From the NCBI RefSeq assembly GCF_009914755.1, contig NC_060934.1: DNA of 64,000 bases; one strand, 5' to 3'. The stretch comes from the human T2T-CHM13v2.0 reference genome, Homo sapiens. The stretch's first letter is position 1. Every line of letters begins with the position of its first letter. The position numbers and the translations under genes are program-made. The notes under the pieces are model-generated. The model was given only the letters and a program-made list of their open reading frames with translations, was not told where the DNA came from and searched no databases. Positions 1 through 18,480 of this stretch are shown here, piece by piece.

Positions 1-2
1 CT

Positions 3-390
3 TGTGTTAGTCTGTTTTGCGTTGCTGTAGAGGAATACCTGAGGCTGGGTAACTTACAAAGGAAAGATATTTATTGGGCTCACAATTCTGCAAATTGTAC
101 AAGCATGGTACCAGCATCTGCTCAGCTTCTGATGAGGCCTCAGGAATTTTTTACTCATGGTAGAAGGGGAAGGGAGAGCAGGCACATCACATGGAGAGAG
201 GAGCAAGAGAGCTGCCAGGCTCTTTTAAACAACCAGCTCTCATGTGAACTAATAAACTCACTCATTACCACAAGGATGGCACCAAGCCATTCATGAGGGA
301 TCCACCCCCATGACCCAAGCACCTCCCACCAAGCCCCACCTCCAACATTGGGGATCACATGTCATGATGAGATTTGGAGGGGACAAACAT
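3..390 (-). mobile_element. MaLR LTR (MST family)
   Basis: tgtgttagtctgttttgcgttgct...gagatttggaggggacaaacatc, characteristic MST LTR ends. Confidence 0.85.
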
Positions 391-399
391 CTACTCCTA

Positions 400-1668
<1,269 letters not shown>

Positions 1669-1696
1669 TAAATGGGAACTCTTGTTTCCCAAGCAG

Positions 1697-2616
<920 letters not shown>

Positions 2617-3486
2617 TAATAATTTTTTAGGTCAGAAAGCAGAAGGAAAGGGAACCTCAAAAGCTTAGATCTGAGAGGACCAGACTGGGGCATGAACAAG
2701 GAGTTTGAGTGCCCTTGATACTGGATGGATTCCCACGTTGGGCAAAAGGGAGTTAGAAGGCAAGTTAACTGAGACAACTGTGGGTCCTTAAGGAGGAATC
2801 CCAAACCACACTCCCATACACACATACTCTAAGAAATGAGTGTAGAGGAAAGATGAGAAAATCTAAGAATGATTATTGGAACCCTGGGTGGAAGAACCGA
2901 TGCACCGTGTCCTGGGTGGAGCACCCAAGAATGTGGCCAAACTTCAAAAAGATGACTATACTTTGTCTAGGCAGACAGAGCCCTGGCTCCTTAGATAGGT
3001 GTGAGGGCAGCAGATGTTTCCTTGGCACCATGACATGGCACAGAAAACCTTTACCCCTGGGGGAGACTTACGAAAGGGAAAGAGGCCAGCTGAGCTGCAA
3101 CCTTCATGGACCAGAAGGGGCAATGGACGACTCAGTAGACATCAGCATGAATAGGTCACTCTTAAGGGCCTGGCCCCGTGACCTCATAAGCCCCTGTATT
3201 TTCAGGCCCAACCCCAGAAACAGAGGAACGTTTCTCTCAATTGACAAAGAATTGATTTCTGCCATCCTGAAGTTCAAAATAGACATTAAATTGAGAATTT
3301 AGCTAAATAAAGGAATCCACCTTTTGGGACACCTGAATTGATGAACCACTCTACAGAGGACTGGGCATCCCCCACAGAGCAGGCAAAGAAAGGGCAAGGA
3401 TGCCAAAATGAGACTAAGATGGCCCAGTTCTCCCAAGTGAATCCAAACCAGGATCTTCATTTTTCCTAGATTAAAAAAGAAAAATG

Positions 3487-3857
<371 letters not shown>

Positions 3858-4205
3858 TTACCAAGTCAGTGCTTCATATTTATTGGGTGTCAGAGACCAT
3901 GGTTGGACAAGGCAGAGGTGGAGAGCATGGAGGAAGATGGCCTCAGCCACAGTGGCAAGAGTCTTACTTCCCACCCAGTGCCTCCAACCAGGAGGGACCC
4001 CAGCCTCTAACCCACAGCCAGCCTGAGAACGGGGTGTTGTGCAGAGGGTGAGCAAAAGCCCTGTTCACAAATGCAAGAGCCTGACCCCACCATTGCCAGC
4101 TTCAAAGCCCTGAGCAGGCGACACCTCAGGGACACTCGCTCCCTGTGCAGGAGGAAGAATATGGGACCAGCTAAGGCAGGAGGACTGGGATCCTGCACAC
4201 ATCAT

Positions 4206-4220
4206 TCACGTGACTCAGCA
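4206..4220 (+). promoter_or_regulatory. Candidate composite E-box/ARE (MARE) motif
   Basis: TCACGTGACTCAGCA: CACGTG overlapping GTGACTCAGCA; motif only, no functional data. Confidence 0.4.
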
Positions 4221-7200
4221 AGTGACTTCGCCTCCCAGCTTTGTTTTCCCTCCTGGGTCACTTCTGGCTAGGGAAGGTGGTGAGAGAGCAACAAGGATCA
4301 GTGAAGACTATCCACGTAGCTCCTTAAAGCTGAGTTCTGACACCCAGGCCCCAGCGGCTCACACTCCACAGCTGAAGAGGAGTTTGTTGTGTGGTCCCAG
4401 ACACATCCCTCCTCCCACATCTGACAATAAGGCCAGTGCTCTGAGCTTCTTGTCACACAGAATGCCATTCCCTTCTGCCACACTTCCCAGCCACCCAGGA
4501 GTCGTGATCTCGTTTTTCTTCCTACCCTTTGTTGTCAAACAGTTACGCTGGCAGGACAAACACTACAAATCTTACCTTTTCTTAGCAATTGCATTGATTA
4601 AAAGATCTATGTCTTTCCTCAAAGAAAGAGATTATAGGAGTGAGACACAACCCTTGGAAATGGACATTTTACCAAAACGATGCAAAATCGAACTATGGGG
4701 TCCCAGTGGATGAAAACTATTCCCCCAGCAAAATTTTTTTGTTTCCTTTTTCTTCTGTAAGAAATCATCAAAGCAAGACGATATGCACCCAGGCCACGGC
4801 CATTCGTTGGCACTGCCTGGGGAGCCTGCCGCTCTTGGTCTTCCTCTCCTGGGATCTGAAAAATCAGCAAGGAGTCACAACTTGAGCTCCAGGCCTTCCT
4901 GCGCAAGCGACCAAGTAGCAGTGAGCCGTGTCACTGCGGGGCCGGGGCCTGAATGCAATCCTCATTCTAACCACAAATCCCAACATTCGAGGACACACTT
5001 CTGGGCACTTTCTTTTCTACCTTTCCTGAGTCTTTTTGTTTTTTAAAGCTAATATTTTAAAAAATATTACATAAACCTGTGTTATCCCACTTGGGAGTTT
5101 TTGTTCCAGCTAAGGTTTGGAATTTTTTTCTAATTTTCAGACAGTAACTGTAACAAAAACTCACACCAGCCCTGGGCTCCTCTTTTGGCAAGACGATGTA
5201 ATAATTCCATTCCAATTGACTCAGTCTGTTGAAGTTGATGTTCCAAAATGGTCTAACACCCACTTTATTAACATTAGAGCTAATTTCTTTTGAAGGGAGT
5301 TTAAAGCAGCCAGGACTTAGATTCTGGGGTTAATTGGTCTGTTTGCCACTGTTTGTCAGTGCCGTCTTTAAAGAACATCTTCAAAGACTTGCTCTGATAC
5401 TCGCTCCCGCATTGTCTGAAATGCCTCAAATGCCTTTATCAATGCCAAAAAATGCAGTGAGTGAAAGGGCTTTTTACTTAATTATTTCTGAAAACCAAAA
5501 AGGGGATTCCATATAGACAGTTAATGAGAATTGACACAATGAAATTAAAATGCATGTTCAAGCCACAAAAGCCAGAAGAGCCACACTTCTAACCAGGGCA
5601 GGCAATGGGAAGAGTCCATCCTACCCCAGCCCTCCGCCTCACACTCAGGGATGGGGCTTCATTTTCTTATCTCTTGAAATTGTTTCCATTTTCAAACCCG
5701 AGCTGATTTGGTTGCACAGGTTGCTTAGCAACCCACGGGACAACAGTATTTGGTTTTAAGATGCCAACATCTGCACATCATTCAAAGTATAATTTTTAAT
5801 TCAAAAACTTATGTCTGGAGACAGGGAAGAAAATGTAACTTTGAAAAATAAAACAGAACTGGATTTCTTCATACAAGTCCTCCTGCCGCCCCAGTCCCCA
5901 CCCCTAAGCAATTCATGGATTATGTGGCTGCTTTTCGCAATTCCATGTCTACATTCATATTTTTTCCAGTTTCTTTTCTGGGTAAATAAGAGTAGGAAAG
6001 GAGAGCAAAATGGAGCATTTCTTCAGGTGTCCAGAAGAAAAGTAGAAAAACCTGCATTTTATCTCTAATGTAATTAGGAACGCTTCAGAGCAGAAGACAA
6101 AAATATCTGGGCCTCCATTTTATTGAGAATTACGGTTATTGTGGATCCAACGTTCTGCCTAAGTCGGATAAGAATCAGGATATGTCTCTTGACAGCCATT
6201 CTATGATGGGGCACTTGGTCTACACTAAGATATTCTTTGCTACATCTGGAGAACCCAAGGCTACTACTTCCCCCAACCAAAATAAGTAAATGGCAACCCC
6301 AAAATGAAATCAGAGAAACCAACCAGCAGAGAAACTCAGATATCCAACACCTAATCAGGAGTTAACTTCGTGATCTCTAAATACAGCTCACATTTTGAGA
6401 ACCTTGGTCTCCATTATGTCAAATCCAGACACGGCTGGGTGCTGTTTTGGGCCTGGCATTTCTTGGAAATTGCACCTTCCAGTTCTTGCCGTTGTTTAAA
6501 CTCCCAGGTATCAATATATTTGCATGTTGTTTGAGGAAAAATGCAACAGAAACCGCCACAGGGGAATCAGATTTGGAAAGAATAAGGGCAACTCCAGAAC
6601 AACACCTTTCTTTTTAAAAAACCCAAATGGCAGTGCAAACTGATGCTATCATTCCACTGGCCTCTGCTTGAGCGAATACATTAGCCTCAGCTCCTTCTAA
6701 TCTGGAGAGGTCACATTACCTGCTGGAAAGCAGAGGAAACCCTAAATCACTTGACGCCAGAAAAAATAGCCAGGAAAACTCGAGTGAGCAGAGGAACCAC
6801 AGATCTCCATTTAGGAAAGGGTCTCCTTAACCGGTCAGCTTCGGAAGGGCTTTAACTAGGGGATCCTCCAGCAGGAAAAACAAAGGGCTTGGTGCTTTGC
6901 TAAAACAAAAACACACAAACACAACTCCCTCACCTTTCAACATAACACCCTAACCCATTGTTAGGTTCTGGCCACTAGGATTTTTTGCCCAGAGCAGAGA
7001 TCTGATTACTGTTATCTCCACTTGCATAACTACAAATGTTATCATTACTTCTCAACTGATATGGCTCTGTTTTACAAACACAATGGAAGGCTGTATGTAC
7101 ACTTGCCCTCTCACCAGAAGGGCTGGTTTAAAATAGATGAAAAAAAGAGAGAAGAAAGAGGGGGCTGGGAACTGAAAGGCAGGCCTGCTGAATGAGCCTT

Positions 7201-7525
7201 TCAGAAAGAATTATGTGATAGGTTTTGTGTGTGTGCTTTTTAAAAACGCTGCTGCCAAAGCTCAGAATTGAAAAGTATGCAGTGGGCATTGTTTCAGAAA
7301 CACAATGATTTATTTTGCTGGTTCATTTTCAAACAAGGGCTTTCTCCTTATTCCCTGAAATGTGTTTTGGGCCCAAATCTTCAAAATGTGAGGAACAGAA
7401 GTTATGCAGAGAGCCGGGTCCGATTCAAGATAAACAAGCATTATATTATAAATATGACAGTGGCATATCCCTGGCCTCCAAAGAGCCTCGTCTGTTTGCC
7501 CAGACTGCAGGCATTTTCTCCATCC

Positions 7526-7582
7526 AAAAAAAAAAAAAAAAAAAAAACCCCAAAAAAACCCAAAAAACAAAACAAAAAAAAA
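7526..7582 (+). repeat. A-rich tract
   Basis: A22 followed by A runs broken by C. Confidence 0.9.
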
Positions 7583-8054
7583 CCTCACAGGGGTAGAAGC
7601 AGGGTTCCTCTGGTCAGCCTTCCTGGCTGCAGGGCCGGAGAGAGGCCTGGTCATTGAGCCCCTCAAAGCCAGAGCTTGTATACACAGGCTGGGTCAAAAT
7701 CAGGAGTACAAGACATGTGGCTTCTTTGTTTTCCTGGTCCCATCCCACAAAGCTGAAGCCTCATCCCCGTTAATTCCCACTCTGTTTCCTCCAAGATTGC
7801 ATGGAAGTTCCTGGAGGCTCACTCGGGCCTGGCTGTGGGAGGTAGGCCAGAGAAGGGGAAGGATCTGATCCTCAAGGGGGCCATCTGTCCACACAGCAGC
7901 TACTAGCAGGACTCTCCTGCCTCTGGCCCTCTGCCCACGCCACTCTTAGCCATACTGGACTGCAGAGTTTGCACCGTGAAGTGGGCAAAGCTTTGCTGCA
8001 GGCCCTCTCAGGTTGGGCCCCTTCTAGAACCCTTACTTGATTTTTTTAACAATA

Positions 8055-8195
8055 TATTTTTTTAATTATAACTAATTCACATGCCATAAAATTCACCCTT
8101 TTAAAGTGGACAATTCGGTGTTTTGTAGTATATTTGCAGACGTGTCCAATGATCACACAAATTCCAGAACATTTCATCACCCCCAAAAGAGACAC
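8055..8195 (-). mobile_element. L1M 3' fragment
   Basis: cataaaattcacccttttaaagtg...ttccagaacatttcatcacccccaaaaga. Confidence 0.75.
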
Positions 8196-8694
8196 TGCCT
8201 GTATCTCATTTGAAATTTATCATTTCTAATTTTGTTTTCTAAAGAGGGTCTCAAATTGTTTAAACCTTAAGTCATCTAACAATTAAATTCACCTCTGGAT
8301 TCAGAGACCTCCTGTAAAGCAGCCTCAGGTCAGCCTCCCTAAGATCACTGGACAGATCATTCTACTCCAGAACCAGAGACCCCGGGCGATGGGAGGCGTG
8401 GATGCCCTGGATCGCAGATCCCCGCCACCTGCCTGGGGTTTCTGGTTTTACCACCATTTCCCCAGGTCCTGGGCAGGATGCACAGTCCCCTCTGGAGGAC
8501 CCAGCTAAACCCAACCTCTCTTGCTTCTCTGGGGCATCTCCCCAGTCCTGAGAGCATGGGGACCCCATAACCTAACTCTTCATCTTGTTCTCCTTTTAAG
8601 CCCAAACCACAAGAATTTGACTCTCTCATTCTCTGAATTGTGTCATCCCTTATCTGAGGCTGGGAGGAGAAAGAAGTAGCTGCCTCATCAAATG

Positions 8695-8964
8695 TCACAA
8701 AATAACTGAAAGTAATGCTTGGAAGTTGCTGAGAACAGCCATGGACATCAGGCTTAAGTGGTACAGGGTTCACCTGCAGCAGAAAGGAGAAAGCAAAGGT
8801 ACAACACCCAGCCGCTCCCCAGCTTTTGGTCCCCTAAGGCCAGCGGATCTGCTCTGTAGCTGAGGTAGGTGATGGGGCTGCGTACAGCCTGCTTCATGCT
8901 GCAGTCGAAGAAAAGGACCCACTCTTCCCCCGTGGGGGGGATCACAAAATAACTGAAAGTAATG
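8695..8964. repeat. Perfect 23-nt direct repeat pair
   Basis: tcacaaaataactgaaagtaatg at 8695-8717 and 8942-8964. Confidence 0.97.
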
Positions 8965-9759
8965 GTTACCAAAACCCCTCCAGGGCCAATTTATCCAATT
9001 ACTCTCCTGATACACATGGCATAATACAGCTCCAGACTTGCAGCAACTGAAATGTCACTGCCTGGAGGCTGCTCCAAGCAGAGCCAAGGGTGATGCCAAG
9101 TGGCCTTGTAGCAGGAACCCTCCCTGAGATTCATACCCCTTCCTCAAAAAAGGAGGTGGCTTTATGAGCCATCTAAAAAAAATTTTTTTAAATAAAAAAA
9201 AAGGACCCAGGGCTCCTTTCCCCTTGACACTGCCACCTGAAGAAACAGTGGGGCTGGGAGCCATGGTTGTAAAGATGAAGCTCTGCTCAAAGAATCAGGG
9301 CCCAGGGGGTCCTGGTCTACCATAAAATCATTAATTTGGGGTTATATATTCACTTTCACACTCTGAACCTCCATTTACCACCTGCAACATGCCAAGCTAC
9401 TTTGGTTGTAGTTCTCTAGGACTCCCTGGTGAGATCTCATCTCCCTTCAGGGATCACTTGATTTGTGTTTTTACTTGATTTCACTTAATTGAAAAGACTG
9501 AGAAATGGATGGAACACAAAGAAAGCCCAAAATTCCCCTTGGGTGGCCCAGGGCAAACATCTGAGGTCATTTGCTGCCCTGGAAGAAGACTGTCTGAATG
9601 ATGGAGCCAGGCCAGGTGGAGGAGCCCCAGGTCAGCTTTCTATCCTGGCAAAGAGGAAAGGAAGCCAGCACTTTCCAGTCACTTCTACATCAGTAAATGG
9701 CAGGCCTGAGGTTGGAGCCATCACCAAGGGTCCAAATAGTGGTGGTGAGGGTAATGGTG

Positions 9760-10015
9760 ACAATGATAATGGCAGCAGCTCCCCTGTGTTCCCTTGCCAA
9801 GCACTGTGCAGTGCAGTTCACATTCAGGACTTTGTTTACTTCTCACCACCATTTTATGATGCAGGTACTGATATTATCCCTGTTTTGCAGATGAGGAGAA
9901 AGCACATTAAAGAGGTGAGAACATTTGACCAGGGTCATACAACTAGGTATTGAGAGAGAAGCACTTTCACTCCGTCCACCTGCCTCTGGACTCTTGCTCT
10001 TAACCACTGCTCTAC
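9760..10015 (-). mobile_element. MIR
   Basis: MIR core attatccctgttttgcagatgaggag...ctcttaaccactgc. Confidence 0.75.
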
Positions 10016-10204
10016 GCTTCCTCATCTGGGAAAGGCCAAGAACAGGCCATCCTCTGGTTCCAGTGCAGAGATGGCCTTCCCAGCCTGGACCAAGCAATGA
10101 AGTGGGTTTAGGCTTCCCTCATGTTAGGATTGAACTTTTATTGCTTTATTTTCTATGGGAAATGGATATCTGACCTCAAAAGTAACTATTAATATCTCAA
10201 TTAT

Positions 10205-12110
<1,906 letters not shown>

Positions 12111-12503
12111 GGAGGAAAAGCAGAGAAACAAAATCATATCCAAGTCATCTCTAGACTCAGAGGATGAACACCCCCTTGTCCGAAGGCCATGTAGCTGTTC
12201 AGTAAGTGCTTGCCATCAGGCCTTGTTTATGCAGAGTGCAAAAGCAGTTAGGCTGCCCCCATTCACCCCAGCTCATACTGGGCCAAGTGCAGGCAGCTTC
12301 TGGATAGGGCTCACGTCCTCTGGCACAGCCACCTCCTTTGTGCCCTGTCATAACAAGCTGAGCAGGGGGCCCAGGGAAGCTGATCAGTATGGAGTCCTAT
12401 TATGTCCATTTTCCCCACAACCAAAGCTGAGCTCACAGGCCCCCAGCCAGCCAGTCTGATCCATGGCAGTTGCTTCAGTTCAAGGGAGTTGCATATCCAA
12501 TTC

Positions 12504-12844
12504 TGCTATGGACAGCATGTTAGTATCCCCTGAAGTTCACATAGGGAAACCCTAACCCTCAGTGATATTAGGAGGTGGGGCCTTTGGGAGGTAATTAGGT
12601 TTAGATGAGGTCATGAGGGTGGAGCCCCAATAATGGGATAAGGAAGAGACTAGAGTTTGCTCTCTCTTGCAGGAGGACACAATCAGAACGCAGCTGTCTG
12701 CAAACCAGGAAGAGAGCCCTCAACAGACACCAAATCTGCTGGCACCCTGATCATGGGCTTCTAGACTCTAGTGAAAAATAAATTTCTGTCGTTTAAGACA
12801 CTCAATCTATGGTATCTTGTTATAGCAGCCCAAACTGACCAAGA
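12504..12844 (+). mobile_element. MaLR LTR (MLT1A-like)
   Basis: tgctatggac...ggtggggcctttgggaggtaattagg...ttatagcagcccaaactgaccaaga. Confidence 0.85.
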
Positions 12845-12978
12845 AGAGAGATAACAAAAAGATTCTCAGCTCTACCTGCCCAGCACAGGCATGGAGTCAG
12901 CTTGAACTGGATGCCCCTATGGTGTAAGCATCTCACCATGCCAATTGCCATTTCAGTGTTAAAAAATAAGCATTTTCA

Positions 12979-13599
<621 letters not shown>

Positions 13600-13612
13600 T
13601 CACCTGGTGCTC

Positions 13613-13613
<1 letters not shown>

Positions 13614-13648
<35 letters not shown>
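13614..13648. repeat. (CA)n microsatellite
   Basis: About 17 perfect units. Confidence 0.97.
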
Positions 13649-13652
<4 letters not shown>

Positions 13653-13804
13653 TAAAACTGTGATCAGTTCCAACACCAGAGGAAAAACTGGCTGAAAAGA
13701 ACTTTTTGAGAGACTACATAGTACTGTATTTTATGGGTGATTTTTGAAGGATTTTTAAGGATAATTTTGACCATATGTGACTCTCACTTCATGTGATGGC
13801 TTTA

Positions 13805-14176
<372 letters not shown>

Positions 14177-15747
14177 AGAAATGGGGATAGCTGTGTAGGT
14201 GCTGCCCAAAGTTCCCACAAGCATCCCTCACTTTCCCCTCCCGCAAGTATGTGCTGATCACGTTCGTTACACAGGTACACGGGACAAGTCAGCACGTGTT
14301 CAAAACTTACCATGTCCCAGTAATCTATATGCAAATCTCATCCAAATTTATAATATTTATAAAAGGTAAGAAATTGTGTCTTCATTTTATAGGAGGTGGG
14401 GAAACTGAGGCTCAGAAAGGCTAAATATTAATAGTCAACACCCAGTCAACTGGAAGATGCAGTGGTGGCCAAAAACCTGAGATCCAAAGCCCACGTTCTA
14501 TCCACCTCGTCACTCTGTCTTCCACCTCTAGCCAAATCACACTGATTATCTCAGCTCACCTGCTTTTTCCCTCCTGTGCTGATTTATTTCTTCAGTTTAC
14601 ATCCAACTGAGTCCCTTCTACTCAAGCAGCTTCTTTATCTGCAAATACCCGCTGGGGGAGATCTTAAGACTACACCCACCCAGAAATGTGTTTCTTTCAG
14701 CTTGAGCATACATGCCCAAGCCGGCCCTCTGGGTCCCTAAAACTTTGCCTCGCAGCGTGAACCACTTTCTCCAGTAGCTTCTCAGCCATTCCACTAACAT
14801 TTCTAGTCTCTTTCTAACCCCTTGGTATTCCAAATCCTGCTGGCTTCCAAGACTACCTGCAGCTCTTATTACTTTCCTGTCATTGACTTCGTGCTGAGGT
14901 TTCTAACTACCCAGTACAGATCCCATGCTTTCATTTCTTTTTCTGTCCTTGGAATCTAAAACATCTCCCAATTTACTACCATCTGCTACCTTAATTAATA
15001 GGCTGTTTACCTCCCCTGTAAGACCTTGCAGAGATTCTCTTGGACTCCATCCCTAACTTTGTGCTCATTGCAGGCTCTCATTAGTCTTGGTTTATAATCC
15101 AGCTTTCAATCTATTTGACAGCTCTCATCTCCAAGCCAATTTGAATTACATTTTTCTCGTAAAATTTCATAAGACACAAATACGCTTTATTCGAGCCTGG
15201 AACAAATTACATCTACAACATTCCCTTTGTCCACTCCTTTTATAATTTGAAAGGAACCAAAAAAAAGAAGAAAAGAATATCAATCTGGCTTCTTTGATAT
15301 AAATTCACTGATTCCTTCTCTGCATGGAAGTCTCAGGTTTGCACGATTATCTCCAAGGAGTTCTCTCTTCTACATAACATAACAGGGTGCCTTCCACCAG
15401 CCCCCCTTTACTCCACCATCCTCATTGGCAGATTTGTATTGCACACAGTGCAATCATAGCCAAATGCATGATCAAAACCGCAAATGAATAAAGTGACTGG
15501 TTTTATACCCTTAACTGCCAACATCATTTACCAATGATTAGTTGCTCAGAGTGGAAAACAATCCATTATTAGAATTTTTGTTGCTGTGACCTGACATGGT
15601 CATTGCTGCAAGTGTTTCCTCAAAATGCAATTGTCCTCTGCTCTTTCTTCATATCTAAAGCATGAAGAAGGGCAAGAGGGAAGAGCCAGCATCAAGTTCC
15701 ATCTGTGAGGCAGGTTCTGAGTGTGCACTTGGCTTCTTAAGTTTCAT

Positions 15748-16250
<503 letters not shown>

Positions 16251-16547
16251 GGGAAGCACCAAATTTTCAAAGCAGCCCAGAAATATCAACTTCAGCCTTT
16301 TTTGTCAGCCATTTGTTAGATGAGATGAGCAAATGAAAGCTCAGAGAGGTTCATTTGCCCAATGTCACAAACTAGGACATGATATGCCCAGCATTAATGA
16401 ATGTGCTATAGAATTCTGGAGCCCATGCTTTCTCCATGATCCCACAAAGCCTCCATTTGATGGGAAACTTAATTTTTTTTTGGTATGGTCAATGGGGAAA
16501 CCTTAGTATCATTTTTATGATGATGAATATTTAGCACTGCCAAAAGA

Positions 16548-17360
<813 letters not shown>

Positions 17361-18160
17361 ATAAAAAAGATATGTGAAAACAGCAGGAGACTAAGCCATC
17401 TATATATGCCCCCTGAAACACACCCTAAGAGTAAGACCATGGAATAAACCGGAGACTTTCTTCTATTTTCCTCCAAAGTTGAATGAAAAACAGATTTCTG
17501 GTTAATTGAGGGTCCCAGCTGCTCGTGGCTTCACTGTTTGAGTCTGAGCTCATTTCTTCTAAGAGAAAGAATGACTGGGAGCATTTTGGCACGTAGAGGA
17601 TGAAGTAACCCTGCATGATGGGGCAAATGCCCTCACCTGGGGCATCGGGAGGTATGAAGGTGACTCTGCCACTCCCCTGAGGGATCATCACTTAGATGAA
17701 TTTGGATGTCAGTTTCTCATCCGGAAGAAGGGAGTGCCCTGGCTGGTGTTTTGCAGGACACCCCCCAGTTCCTCTAGTAGCAGTCCTGTGCTGAGTTGAG
17801 CCCATGACCCAAATTGAGCAAACCAACATCCTTCCCCCAGAAATTTCTTTTCTTTTCTTTTCTTTTTTTTTTATTAGCTACAAAGTTGTAACCCTGAAGG
17901 TACCAGCAGCCCTGGCAATCCCAGGTGGATAAGCTTCCACGGTTGCCAAGAGGGGCCATAGGCAGCTTGAGTCAGCAGAGCCTCTGCTCCAGCACAGGCT
18001 CCCATGATCCTGGAGCTGCTTGGCCCCAGGAGTCCACCCTTCAGTCCCAGGACCCCCGACCCATCCTCCATCCCCTCCATAGGCCCCTCTTGTTCTTGGG
18101 CAGAGTTGCTGGCACCTGCAACACAAGGAATCCTGACTACCATGGTGGAAATTTGATTAA

Positions 18161-18480
<320 letters not shown>

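Noticed and set aside
9228-9245. CTCF-like motif (TCTTCAGGTGGCAG on -), with weaker matches near 30070 and 54840
   Set aside because: Partial matches expected by chance; cannot be supported without PWM scoring or ChIP data.
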